From Lysobacterales bacterium (GTDB taxonomy: Bacteria > Pseudomonadota > Gammaproteobacteria > Xanthomonadales > SZUA-5): 64,000 nucleotides of DNA. The notes below the pieces were generated by a model. That model saw only the letters and a program-made list of their open reading frames with translations, did no database searches and was not told the DNA's origin. A program made the translations under genes and the position numbers. Positions within the stretch are counted from its first letter, which is position 1; each line of letters starts with the position of its first letter. The stretch spans positions 32,001 to 96,000 of the forward strand of contig JALHMH010000009.1 of NCBI GenBank assembly GCA_022844165.1, read 5' to 3'. This document shows, piece by piece, positions 10,331-19,350 of this stretch.

Positions 10331-10903
10331 ATGAACCCAATCACTGAGCTTCGTGCAACCACCTTTGTGCTGCACCAGGACAACATCGATACCGACCAGA
10401 TCATTCCGGCGCGGTTCTTGACGACCACCGAGCGCACCGGCCTGGGACGGGCGGCCTTTTACGACTGGCGATTCGATGCCAGCGGTGCGGCGACCACACA
10501 TCCGTTGAACGGGGAGGCGAAATCGCACGCGATCCTGATCGCGGGGCACAATTTCGGCTGCGGCTCATCACGCGAACATGCGCCGTGGGCGCTGCTGGAC
10601 TTCGGCTTCCGTGCGGTAATCTCGAGCGAAATCGCAGACATCTTTCGCAGCAATGCGTTGAAAAATGGCCTGCTGGCCATCGTCGTCGGTGCCGAGGAGC
10701 ACGCCTACCTCATCGCCAACCCTGGAATCGAGCTGAGAATCGATCTGGAGACCATGCAGATCACCGGCCCAAATGACTGGCACACCGGTTTTGCGCTCGA
10801 TGCCTTTGCTCGCCGCTGTTTGATGATGGGCGTCGATCAACTGGGCTACTTGTTGGCACAAGACGCGGCCATCGCGGCGTTCGAGCGCAATCGGGCCGCG
10901 TGA
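10331..10903 (+). CDS. leuD: 3-isopropylmalate dehydratase small subunit
   Basis: NIDTDQIIPARFL and NFGCGSSREHAPWAL. Confidence 0.97.
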   Translation: MNPITELRATTFVLHQDNIDTDQIIPARFLTTTERTGLGRAAFYDWRFDASGAATTHPLNGEAKSHAILIAGHNFGCGSSREHAPWALLDFGFRAVISSEIADIFRSNALKNGLLAIVVGAEEHAYLIANPGIELRIDLETMQITGPNDWHTGFALDAFARRCLMMGVDQLGYLLAQDAAIAAFERNRAA

Positions 10904-11565
10904 ACGCGTTGATTTTTGCCGCTGGCAAAGGCGAGCGCATGCGGCCGCTCACGGCGACCACGCCCAAAGCACTGCTGGAGATACGCGGCAAAGCGCTGGT
11001 CGAGTTTCACATTGAGGCGCTGGTGCGCGCCGGCGTCGACCGAATCGTGATCAACACCGGCTGGCTCGGCGCGCAGTTACCCGCGCGGCTGGGTCATGGC
11101 ACGCGCTTTGGCGCCGATCTGGTCTATTCGCATGAAGGCCAGGAACCTCTGGAAACGGGCGGCGGGATGCGTCGCGCATTGGCGCTCCTCGGCGACGCGC
11201 CGTTTATCGCCACCAACGCCGACATCTATACCGATTTTGACTACGCTCGACTGGCGCCACCGCAGGGTCTCGCGCATCTGGTGTTGATCGACAATCCGCC
11301 GCACCATCCCCGCGGCGATTTTGCGTTCGATGGCAAACGCGTGCACGTATGCGGCAGCCCGCGCCTGACATTTGCCGGCATCGGCGTTTACCGGCCAGAA
11401 TTGACCGAACACTTGCCCGATGGCCGCTATCCGTTGGCGCCGATTTTGAAGGAAGCGATGGACTTTGGCATCGTCACTGGCGAGCACTTCCGCGGTGCCT
11501 GGACGGATGTCGGCACGCCGGAGCGCCTTGCACACCTTCAGCTGTCGGCCAGTTCTAACATCTGA
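10900..11565 (+). CDS. murU: MurNAc-alpha-1-phosphate uridylyltransferase-like nucleotidyltransferase
   Basis: AAGKGERMRPLT..PKALL, LETGGG, NPPHHPRGDF and WTDVGTPERL. Confidence 0.82.
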   Translation: MNALIFAAGKGERMRPLTATTPKALLEIRGKALVEFHIEALVRAGVDRIVINTGWLGAQLPARLGHGTRFGADLVYSHEGQEPLETGGGMRRALALLGDAPFIATNADIYTDFDYARLAPPQGLAHLVLIDNPPHHPRGDFAFDGKRVHVCGSPRLTFAGIGVYRPELTEHLPDGRYPLAPILKEAMDFGIVTGEHFRGAWTDVGTPERLAHLQLSASSNI

Positions 11566-11614
11566 AGCGACGGGCGGTGTAGCCTTCCGTCGCATAGGCT
11601 CAAAGGAGTGATTC

Positions 11615-14600
11615 ATGCGTACCCTGACGTTGGCGATTGCGCTTGTGTGCGCGCACGGCGCACATGCGAATGCACCGAGCGCGCTCAATTTTCCGGCCCT
11701 CGATACAGCGAAACTGGCGCAGGAAGACAGGAAGGGCGCGCAAGCGCTGCAACCCCATCGATACGCCATCATCCAGGACGCCAGCTCGGTCAAGGCGAAC
11801 GCCGATAAAACCGGCGGCGGCCAGTGGCAAACCCTGAAAGACGGCCGTCTACGCTGGACTTTGCCGATCAGCGCTGCCGATGCGGTCAGCATCGATGTCG
11901 GCTTTCGCGAATTTTTCTTGCCGCAGGGTGCGGAACTCAAGTTCCGCAGCACGGACGGACAATTCGAACATGGCCCATATACGGATGCACACAATCCGCG
12001 TGAGGGTGGGCTGTGGCTGCCAATCGTGCCCGGCGACATGGCCGTCCTCGAACTGACGATCGATGCTGCGCAGTTGCCGTATCTGAAGCTGCAACTCGAT
12101 GGCGTGGGCCACGGCTATCGGCAAATGCGCGGAGCGGGCGAAAAAGCGGGAAGCTGCAATGTCGACACGATCTGCCCACAAGGCGATCCTTGGCGCAACG
12201 AGATTTCAGCCGTCGGCGCTTACGCGTTTTCGTCCGGCGGCGGCACGCCCTCGCGCTTCGATTGCACAGGCACGTTGATCAACCAGGTCGGCAACACGCG
12301 CGATCCATTGTTCTTGACCGCCAACCATTGCCTCGATTCGCAGGCCGAAGCGGCGACGGTGGTCGTTTATTGGAATTACCAGAACAGCACCTGCCGCGCA
12401 GTGGGTAGTGTTCCGAACGGCACACAGTTGCCGGTCAGCGCCAGCTTGCCAAACCAGTCGGGCACGACGTTGCTCGCCACGTACAACATTTCTGACTTCA
12501 CCTTGCTGCGCTTGAATCAAGCGCCGCCGGCCGCCGCCAATGTCTACTGGGCTGGTTGGGATCGGCGCAATACGGCGCCGGTGAGTGCTGTCTCCATTCA
12601 CCATCCGCAAGGCCACGAAAAGCGCATCTCGTTCGAGAACGATCCGCTCAGCATCAGCGGTTATCTGATCTGCGACGCTGGTCAGGGCTGTCCGAGCGCC
12701 TCGTGGCCCAGCAGCACCAGCCATTTGCGCGTCAACCGCTGGGACGTGGGCACCACCGAACCGGGCTCGTCGGGAAGCGCATTGTTCTCCCCTGAACGGC
12801 GCATCATCGGCCAATTGCATGGTGGTTATGCGTCTTGCACCGACAACCGCCCGGACTGGTACGGACGCTTATCTGTGTCGTGGGAGGGCAACAATACAAC
12901 CGCGACGCGCTTACGCGATCATCTCGATCCCGCCGGAGCAGCGCCACAAACGCTCGACGGCGTCGGCGCTTGTACGCCGCCAACAGTCACCTTGAATGCG
13001 ACTTCGCCTGTGGCCGCCGGCACCGACGTGACCTACACGGCGACGGTCAGTGGTGGCAGCGGTCTGTTCGGCTTCGATATCGATGGCGACGGTAATGTCG
13101 ACAAAATCCAGAGCACGCCGACATTGGTTGCACGCTACAACCGCGAGCAGTCGTTCAATGCCAGCGTGCGTGTGTTTGGTACGTGTGAAGCCACTGCGCA
13201 ACGTGCCATGGTGGTGACTGCGCATCGCATCGCCCCCGCTGCAGCACTGGCAGCACCGACGCAGGTCTGCGGCGATGGCGATGCGGTCATTGAGCCGGGC
13301 GAGCGTTGGCGGCTGGCAACCGACCTGAGCAACGGTGGCCAACAGGCGACGACCGCTCAAGCAGTATCTCTGTTTTCCAAGTCTGCCACCGACGTGCTCG
13401 CCGGAGCGACTCGCGATGCCTTTGGCTATGCGGTCACAAGCAACACGCAATCTAATATTTGTGGTTACCAGTTCGTCGATATCACCGATGTTGTTCAGCC
13501 TCTGCCGCTCAGCGCTGCGGGAACCGCACCGGCGACCGACGATGGGCGCACGGCGGTATTGGATCTGACTGGCTCAGGCACCAACAACAGTTTCAGCTTT
13601 TACGGACAAACCGTCTCTCAGGTTGTCATGAGCACCAACGGCTACATCGGCACCACCGCGGCCACCACCGGTGGCGACTTTAACAACGTTTGTGGCGCGA
13701 CGCCGGACTCCGACAACAATGGGCGGCGTATGCAGGCGCTGCATGACGATCTGGTGGCCGGCAGTTTGCGTGCGGTGTCGTATCCGACGTGTCCACGGCC
13801 GTCGGAAGTGGCGCCAGCCAATCAGCGTTGCCTTGTATTCCAATGGAACAACATGGGCGTTTACACCAGTTCCACAACACCGCCCACCGGAAATTTCGAT
13901 TTCCAGGTCATCGTCTATCCGGGCACCTGGCAGATCGTCTATCAGTATCGCAATGCCGTGCCCAACGGCGGTAGCGGCGCAACGGTGGGCATCTTGAACC
14001 CTGGTCAGTCGGGCCAGCAGCTGAATTTCTCGTGCAACCAGAACGCCATAGCCGCCCAACGCGCCGTGTGTTTCTATCACCCGCAGAATTCGCCGGGTAC
14101 GGCTTCGGACTTGACCAAGATCCGCCTGGAAAATCCGGTCGTGAATCTTGGCGCAATGAACCCGGCGGCCACTCAAAGCGCGTCGACCATTTTTTCTGTC
14201 GACCCAACGGCAACGTGCGGTGCGCGCTATCGGGTGGGTTTGGCCGGGACAGCAGACGAGAACGCCGGCAACGTCGCCAATCAGGATCGCGAAATTGTGA
14301 TCGGCGCCGACGGCAATTGTCAGGTCATTCAGAGCTGTCCATCGGCTTTGGCGCCCACCGTCAACCTCAGACCGGGGGCGTACTTCAATACTCGCCGACC
14401 AGGCAACGGCGTCGTGGCGCATGTGGTTCCACGGACAAACGGCCTTCCGACATTTTTCGGCGCGTGGTTTACCGGCACGCCGACGCGTGACACCACCTGG
14501 TACGTGATTTCTGGTGAGGTGCAGGACAATCAAGTGATCGGTTCGGTCCTCCGCGCAAGGCGCAATGTGGGTGCATCGACGTTCACTGTGAACCTGGAAC

Positions 14601-15115
14601 CGGTCGGAACAGCGAGACTGCATTTCTTGGGCAGCGAACGCATTTTGTTCAACTACCAACTCACGAGCACCGGCGAAACGGGTAGCGAAATTCTGACGAA
14701 CAGCCTGCAGGGGTTGCAGTCGCCTGTTCCCAACCGCACGGGTGTCTGGTTCTTCCCGCAGGAAGACGGCTGGGGACAAACCTACGATAGTTTCCTATCC
14801 GGCGATTTCTCCCGCGAGTTCATTGCGACCTACTTCTACGACACCCAGGGCAATCCGCGCTGGGTCGTGACCGATGCCGCCAGCGGCAGCGCCGGCCCCT
14901 TGCCAACAGTGTTCTACAAAGTTCACTGCCCACGTTGTGGTTGGATCAATTTCGAGGATTCGGCAGCCAGCGCCGGCACCATCACGCGGCAATTCCTCTC
15001 GCCAACCACCGGCACTCTCAGCACGAATCTCATTTTGCCCGCGTCGACGATCACCACGGGACATGTGTGGACGCGCAACAATGTCCCGATCGTCATCCTG
15101 ACACAGCCGCAGTAG
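11615..15115 (+). CDS. Secreted lysyl-endopeptidase-family (S1) serine protease with PKD-like, nidogen-like and two C-terminal repeat domains
   Basis: Signal peptide; pro-region; GSCNVDTIC mature start like Achromobacter protease I; triad TANHC / DFTLLRL / TTEPGSSGS; FSFYGQTVSQVVMSTNGYI. Confidence 0.85.
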   Translation: MRTLTLAIALVCAHGAHANAPSALNFPALDTAKLAQEDRKGAQALQPHRYAIIQDASSVKANADKTGGGQWQTLKDGRLRWTLPISAADAVSIDVGFREFFLPQGAELKFRSTDGQFEHGPYTDAHNPREGGLWLPIVPGDMAVLELTIDAAQLPYLKLQLDGVGHGYRQMRGAGEKAGSCNVDTICPQGDPWRNEISAVGAYAFSSGGGTPSRFDCTGTLINQVGNTRDPLFLTANHCLDSQAEAATVVVYWNYQNSTCRAVGSVPNGTQLPVSASLPNQSGTTLLATYNISDFTLLRLNQAPPAAANVYWAGWDRRNTAPVSAVSIHHPQGHEKRISFENDPLSISGYLICDAGQGCPSASWPSSTSHLRVNRWDVGTTEPGSSGSALFSPERRIIGQLHGGYASCTDNRPDWYGRLSVSWEGNNTTATRLRDHLDPAGAAPQTLDGVGACTPPTVTLNATSPVAAGTDVTYTATVSGGSGLFGFDIDGDGNVDKIQSTPTLVARYNREQSFNASVRVFGTCEATAQRAMVVTAHRIAPAAALAAPTQVCGDGDAVIEPGERWRLATDLSNGGQQATTAQAVSLFSKSATDVLAGATRDAFGYAVTSNTQSNICGYQFVDITDVVQPLPLSAAGTAPATDDGRTAVLDLTGSGTNNSFSFYGQTVSQVVMSTNGYIGTTAATTGGDFNNVCGATPDSDNNGRRMQALHDDLVAGSLRAVSYPTCPRPSEVAPANQRCLVFQWNNMGVYTSSTTPPTGNFDFQVIVYPGTWQIVYQYRNAVPNGGSGATVGILNPGQSGQQLNFSCNQNAIAAQRAVCFYHPQNSPGTASDLTKIRLENPVVNLGAMNPAATQSASTIFSVDPTATCGARYRVGLAGTADENAGNVANQDREIVIGADGNCQVIQSCPSALAPTVNLRPGAYFNTRRPGNGVVAHVVPRTNGLPTFFGAWFTGTPTRDTTWYVISGEVQDNQVIGSVLRARRNVGASTFTVNLEPVGTARLHFLGSERILFNYQLTSTGETGSEILTNSLQGLQSPVPNRTGVWFFPQEDGWGQTYDSFLSGDFSREFIATYFYDTQGNPRWVVTDAASGSAGPLPTVFYKVHCPRCGWINFEDSAASAGTITRQFLSPTTGTLSTNLILPASTITTGHVWTRNNVPIVILTQPQ

Positions 15116-15230
15116 CAGACGAACGGTTCACGCCGGCACGCGCATTACGCGCGCCGGCGCAGAACTTCCGCTACGACGGCTGGTCGCAATTGAACACGAA
15201 TCCCAGCGATCGCGCACTGCCCGGCAACGA

Positions 15231-15806
15231 ATGATCACTGACCTTCTGCAGCGTTGGCGTAAGGGCGACCGTTCGGCCGAAGCCGAACTGATGAATGTGG
15301 CCTACCCGACGCTGCTCGATCTTGCGCGGGCGCAAGTGCGCCGAAACGGCGGCGTGCTGACGCTGCAGTCAACGGAGCTTGCACATGAGGCTTACGAGCG
15401 CCTCAGCGAGCAGCATGGCGTCGACTGGCAAAACCGCGAGCACTTTTTTGCAATCGCGGCGACGGTGGTTCGGCGCGTGGTCGTCGATTACTTGCGCATG
15501 CGCGGGCGGGATAAACGCGGCGGGGGTTTGCCGTTTGTGGCCCTGGACGAGATCACCGAACGCGAGCAGCCGACCATCGATGAATCGATCGACTGGATCG
15601 AAGTCGATCAGGCACTCAGCGAGTTCGAAGCCATCGATCCGGTGGCGGCACGCGTCGTCGAACTGAAGTTTTTTTCGGGCCTGACCACTGAAGAAATCGC
15701 CGCTGCCATGGATAGTTCCGTCGCAACCGTCGGGCGCCAGTGGCGGTTTGCGCGCGCCTGGCTCGGTCATCGACTCGGCGCCGATCTCGAACCCCAGAGT
15801 CCATGA
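15231..15806 (+). CDS. ECF sigma factor, TIGR02999/ECF43-like (kinase-associated)
   Basis: ITDLLQRWRKGD, LQSTELAHEAYERL, WQNREHFFAIAA, ARVVELKFFSGLT and RQWRFARAWL. Confidence 0.9.
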   Translation: MITDLLQRWRKGDRSAEAELMNVAYPTLLDLARAQVRRNGGVLTLQSTELAHEAYERLSEQHGVDWQNREHFFAIAATVVRRVVVDYLRMRGRDKRGGGLPFVALDEITEREQPTIDESIDWIEVDQALSEFEAIDPVAARVVELKFFSGLTTEEIAAAMDSSVATVGRQWRFARAWLGHRLGADLEPQSP

Positions 15807-18220
15807 GTCTTCAGGCACTGTTCGAGGCAGCGCTGGCGCTCCACCCAAATCAACGCGACGCTTACCTGGCGAAGGCGACGCCCGACCCTGCGGTGCGCGC
15901 ACAAATACTCGCAATGCTCCGCGTCGATGCGCGTCTCGATGGCATGGAAAGCGCCACGCCCGGCATCGATGTGGGCCAGTGGGCGGCGATGTTGAGCGCC
16001 ACCAAAGTCCGGCCAGGCGACATGATTGGCCCATTTCGCGTTTGTGAGCCGCTCGGGCAAGGGGGGATGGGCGTCGTGTTTCGCGCCGAGCGCGACGAGC
16101 CCAAGCAACAGGTGGCAATCAAGATCGTGCGCGGCGGCGAGCTCGATGCACTTTATCGGCAGCGCTTCGATCTGGAACGCCAGGCGCTGGCCGCGCTCGA
16201 TCACCCCTACATCGCACGGCTGATCGATGCCAACGCCCTTGCCGACGGCACACCCTACTACGTGATGGAGTATGTCTCCGGTCTTGCGCTGGACCGCTAC
16301 TGCACGGAACGGCGACTCAGCGTGCGCGACCGCGTGCGGCTCATGCTGCGCATTTGCCAGGCGGTAGCGCATGCACACCGTCATCTGATCGTGCACCGCG
16401 ATCTGAAACCCAGCAATATCCTGATTGACGCCGATGGTTTGCCCAAACTCCTGGATTTCGGAATCGCCAAACGGTTGGGCGGCGATGCGCTGGCTGACAC
16501 TGGCACGGCGCAACGGTTTTTCTCGCCGCGATATGCCGCACCCGAGCAATTTCGTGGTCACTCTGCGAGTGTCGGCACGGATATCTATGCACTCGGTGTA
16601 CTACTTTTCGAAACGCTGACCGGGCGTCTGCCCTTCGATTTCGACGGGCTAAGCCTGGGTGAGATCGATCGCCTGATCGCTACGGTCGCTGCACCGGCGC
16701 CCAGCGCCCGGGCGCATGGAAATCATATCCAGCGGGAGTTGCGTGGCGACCTGGACGGGATCGTACAAAAATGCTTGCGAAAATCGCCCGACGAGCGCTA
16801 CGAATCAGTCCCGCAATTGACCGAGGATCTGAACGCGTGGCTCGATGGATTGCCCGTGCGAGCCAGAGGCGGCCACCAATGGTATCGGCTGCGCAAGTTC
16901 ATTGCCCGCCATCGTCTCGCCGCCAGTATCGGTGCTTTTTCGTTGTTGGCCTTAGGCGCTGCTGCTGCACTGCTTTGGCAGCAGAATTTAGCGTTGCGGC
17001 AGCAACGCGATTTAGCGCAGCGCGCACTGACGATGATGCAGGACGCATTCACGGCCGCAGACCCGATGCGCGCCGCGGGCGCAGAGGTCACCGCGCGACA
17101 GATACTGGAGTCCGCGCGGCGTAAGCTGGAACCGCTGGCGGCCGAACAACCCGCATTGTTCGTGACCTTGGCGCGCACGATCGCGAGCGTCGATGTCTCG
17201 TTGGGTCGTGGCGAACAGGCCTCTGAGTTATTGGGCCAGGCACGGATGGCGGCTGCAGCCGCCGAAATCGAAGACGCCGATTCCGAACTGGCGCTGATGC
17301 ATGCGCGTGCGCTCACCATCGCAAAGCGCCTGCCGGAGGCGCAAGAGCTGCTCGACGACATCGCCACGCGTGGCCACCAGGGCGCAGCTTGGCTGTCAGC
17401 GCAGGGGCGTTTGTGGTCGCGCCGCGGCGATCATTCGCAGGCGGTTTCGATTCTGGAAAACGCAATGCAGGCCCTGTCGGCGAGGCCACCCGGCGATGAG
17501 CTGGCAACGACTACGCGCTACGCGCTGGCCGAAGCGCGCGGCGTAGCCGGCGACAACACAGGAGAACTTCGGGAAATCGACGCCATCCTGGCCTGGCAAA
17601 AGTCCAGTCTGGCAGCCGACCATCCACAGTTGATTGTGACGCGAATGCGCCGCCTGGTTGCACTCTACCTGGCCGCTCAAATGGAGACCGCAGTCGCCGA
17701 AGCACAGCTCATTCTCGAGGACGTTCGAACGATCTATGGGGAGAATGCTGCTGAAGCGGCTTCGGTTTACAACACGCTGGGCCAGGCCCTCGGTAGCCTC
17801 AAGCGTGTCGATGAGGCGCTCGATGCCTATCGTCAGGCGCACGCGATCAGCAGTCGCGCGGCAGGTCGCGACGCAACGAATACCCTGCGCATGCACTTTA
17901 ATCTGGCGCATACCCTGGCTGCGGCTGGAAGAGCCGGCGAGGCCGAGCTTGAGTATCGCGAATTACTGCAACTGGCCGAAAAGCGACGCGGCGGCGCCAA
18001 CGCAACGGTAGCGTATTACCGAATGCAGGCAGCGCTGCTTCAGTTATCGCTGAAGCGGCCTGAGGTGGCCCTGACGATACTGACGGCGGAAGACTGGCAG
18101 CTCGGCTGGGCGGAACTCGACGCCGGCAACCGCAAGCGCTACAGGCTCGCACTGCGCGACGCTTGCGGTTCGTCTCCAGACGAAATCTGCACGATCGCTT
18201 TGGCATTTGTAGCATCTTGA
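15803..18220 (+). CDS. Membrane Hanks-type Ser/Thr kinase 1 with extracytoplasmic TPR-like region
   Basis: LGQGGMGVV, VAIK, HRDLKPSN, DFG, YAAPEQ; TM segment HRLAASIGAFSLLALGAAAALLW; ATGA overlap with the ECF gene. Confidence 0.92.
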   Translation: MSLQALFEAALALHPNQRDAYLAKATPDPAVRAQILAMLRVDARLDGMESATPGIDVGQWAAMLSATKVRPGDMIGPFRVCEPLGQGGMGVVFRAERDEPKQQVAIKIVRGGELDALYRQRFDLERQALAALDHPYIARLIDANALADGTPYYVMEYVSGLALDRYCTERRLSVRDRVRLMLRICQAVAHAHRHLIVHRDLKPSNILIDADGLPKLLDFGIAKRLGGDALADTGTAQRFFSPRYAAPEQFRGHSASVGTDIYALGVLLFETLTGRLPFDFDGLSLGEIDRLIATVAAPAPSARAHGNHIQRELRGDLDGIVQKCLRKSPDERYESVPQLTEDLNAWLDGLPVRARGGHQWYRLRKFIARHRLAASIGAFSLLALGAAAALLWQQNLALRQQRDLAQRALTMMQDAFTAADPMRAAGAEVTARQILESARRKLEPLAAEQPALFVTLARTIASVDVSLGRGEQASELLGQARMAAAAAEIEDADSELALMHARALTIAKRLPEAQELLDDIATRGHQGAAWLSAQGRLWSRRGDHSQAVSILENAMQALSARPPGDELATTTRYALAEARGVAGDNTGELREIDAILAWQKSSLAADHPQLIVTRMRRLVALYLAAQMETAVAEAQLILEDVRTIYGENAAEAASVYNTLGQALGSLKRVDEALDAYRQAHAISSRAAGRDATNTLRMHFNLAHTLAAAGRAGEAELEYRELLQLAEKRRGGANATVAYYRMQAALLQLSLKRPEVALTILTAEDWQLGWAELDAGNRKRYRLALRDACGSSPDEICTIALAFVAS

Positions 18221-18375
18221 TCGAGTTCCGCAGGTTTTGACGCGTAGATCTAAAACTTGGCGACGCCATCGGTCCCCACCGTCGCGTTTTCGTTACCGCT
18301 CGGAGACTCGATGGCGTCATTCATCAGGCCAGGCTCGACACGACACTGCACCGAACTCAAAACAGGATTCCAACC

Positions 18376-18834
18376 ATGTTCCGAATACTCAGCCTGACGC
18401 TGTGCCTCTCGATCGGTACGATCGCGCATGCAGAACTAGAGCCGGACCCCGACACCTGCGTTGTCCGCCCGACGCTTTCGTGCCCTGTTGCCCTGGAAAA
18501 AGTCCACTTCACAGAGAGCTGCCCCGACGATCCACCCACTCCGGACGGCTTCCGTTTTTATTGCGCGAAAACGGCACCTCGTGCGGAGATCGTGTGCGAG
18601 GGCGTCTACAACGTCGTTGTCTGCGAAGCCTGGCCTCAATCGCCAGAAGTGCAATACCGATACTTCTACACCGTGCTAGGCGGGATTGGCCCGGACTACA
18701 GCGTCATCGAATCCAGTCCAATGTTGTATGGAAACTGCAGCGGCAGAACCGGGCGGGTCTCAGTCACTGTCATGGCGCCAGATGGAACAAGCAGTGCCGC
18801 GCAGACGTTGTTCCCTTGCCTGAACAACCAGTAG
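18376..18834 (+). CDS. Small secreted Cys-rich hypothetical protein
   Basis: SD-like CAGGA; signal peptide ending AHA; 8 Cys in the mature part. Confidence 0.75.
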   Translation: MFRILSLTLCLSIGTIAHAELEPDPDTCVVRPTLSCPVALEKVHFTESCPDDPPTPDGFRFYCAKTAPRAEIVCEGVYNVVVCEAWPQSPEVQYRYFYTVLGGIGPDYSVIESSPMLYGNCSGRTGRVSVTVMAPDGTSSAAQTLFPCLNNQ

Positions 18835-19350
18835 AAAAAGCGCCTTGTCCACGTTCGGCGAGTTCCCTTCCTGACCCGCTCCGTGGGCCAGGAAGGGACA
18901 AGAACCTGGGGCTGCTTGCGCCAGAGTCAGAAAGAAATCGGCAATGAAATCGACCTGCTAGCGATTTAGCCGCGCACGAGCGACTCACGGCTGAAGTTGG
19001 TCGGGCGCCGCAACCCACCTCGCTGCTTTCACGAGTGCGACTTCCCCAGGCCATGGCCCGCTCCGCTGTGCTTCGCCGTTAACTGCCGCAATCGCACTCG
19101 ATCCACATCGCAATCCGACCCTTTCCTCGCGACCGCAAGAACTGTCCGGATTGGGACGGTTCGCGACCGACAAACCAGTGCAAAATGCGCGCTCGAATGA
19201 GAACGTACTCGTCCGCCTCGTTGCCAACGATTTTGGGGGCTTGCTTGGCGCAGTTTCGTACCACGCCAGAAGGTGGAGACGGTTCTCTCCGCAAGCTGCT
19301 GATCGTGCAGCAGGCATGAGAGAACTGTGCGCACTGAGAAGCCGCACTCA

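Noticed and set aside
9714-10340. Short ORFs sharing [10 protein letters not shown] or NARRSEAKP peptides (also near 37582 and 59594)
   Set aside because: They are translations of repeat family A, with no evidence of being genes.
18221-19350. Search for a shared ECF promoter motif upstream of the secreted genes
   Set aside because: Only vague GTCC...CGCG similarities; no consistent -35/-10 pair could be established by eye.
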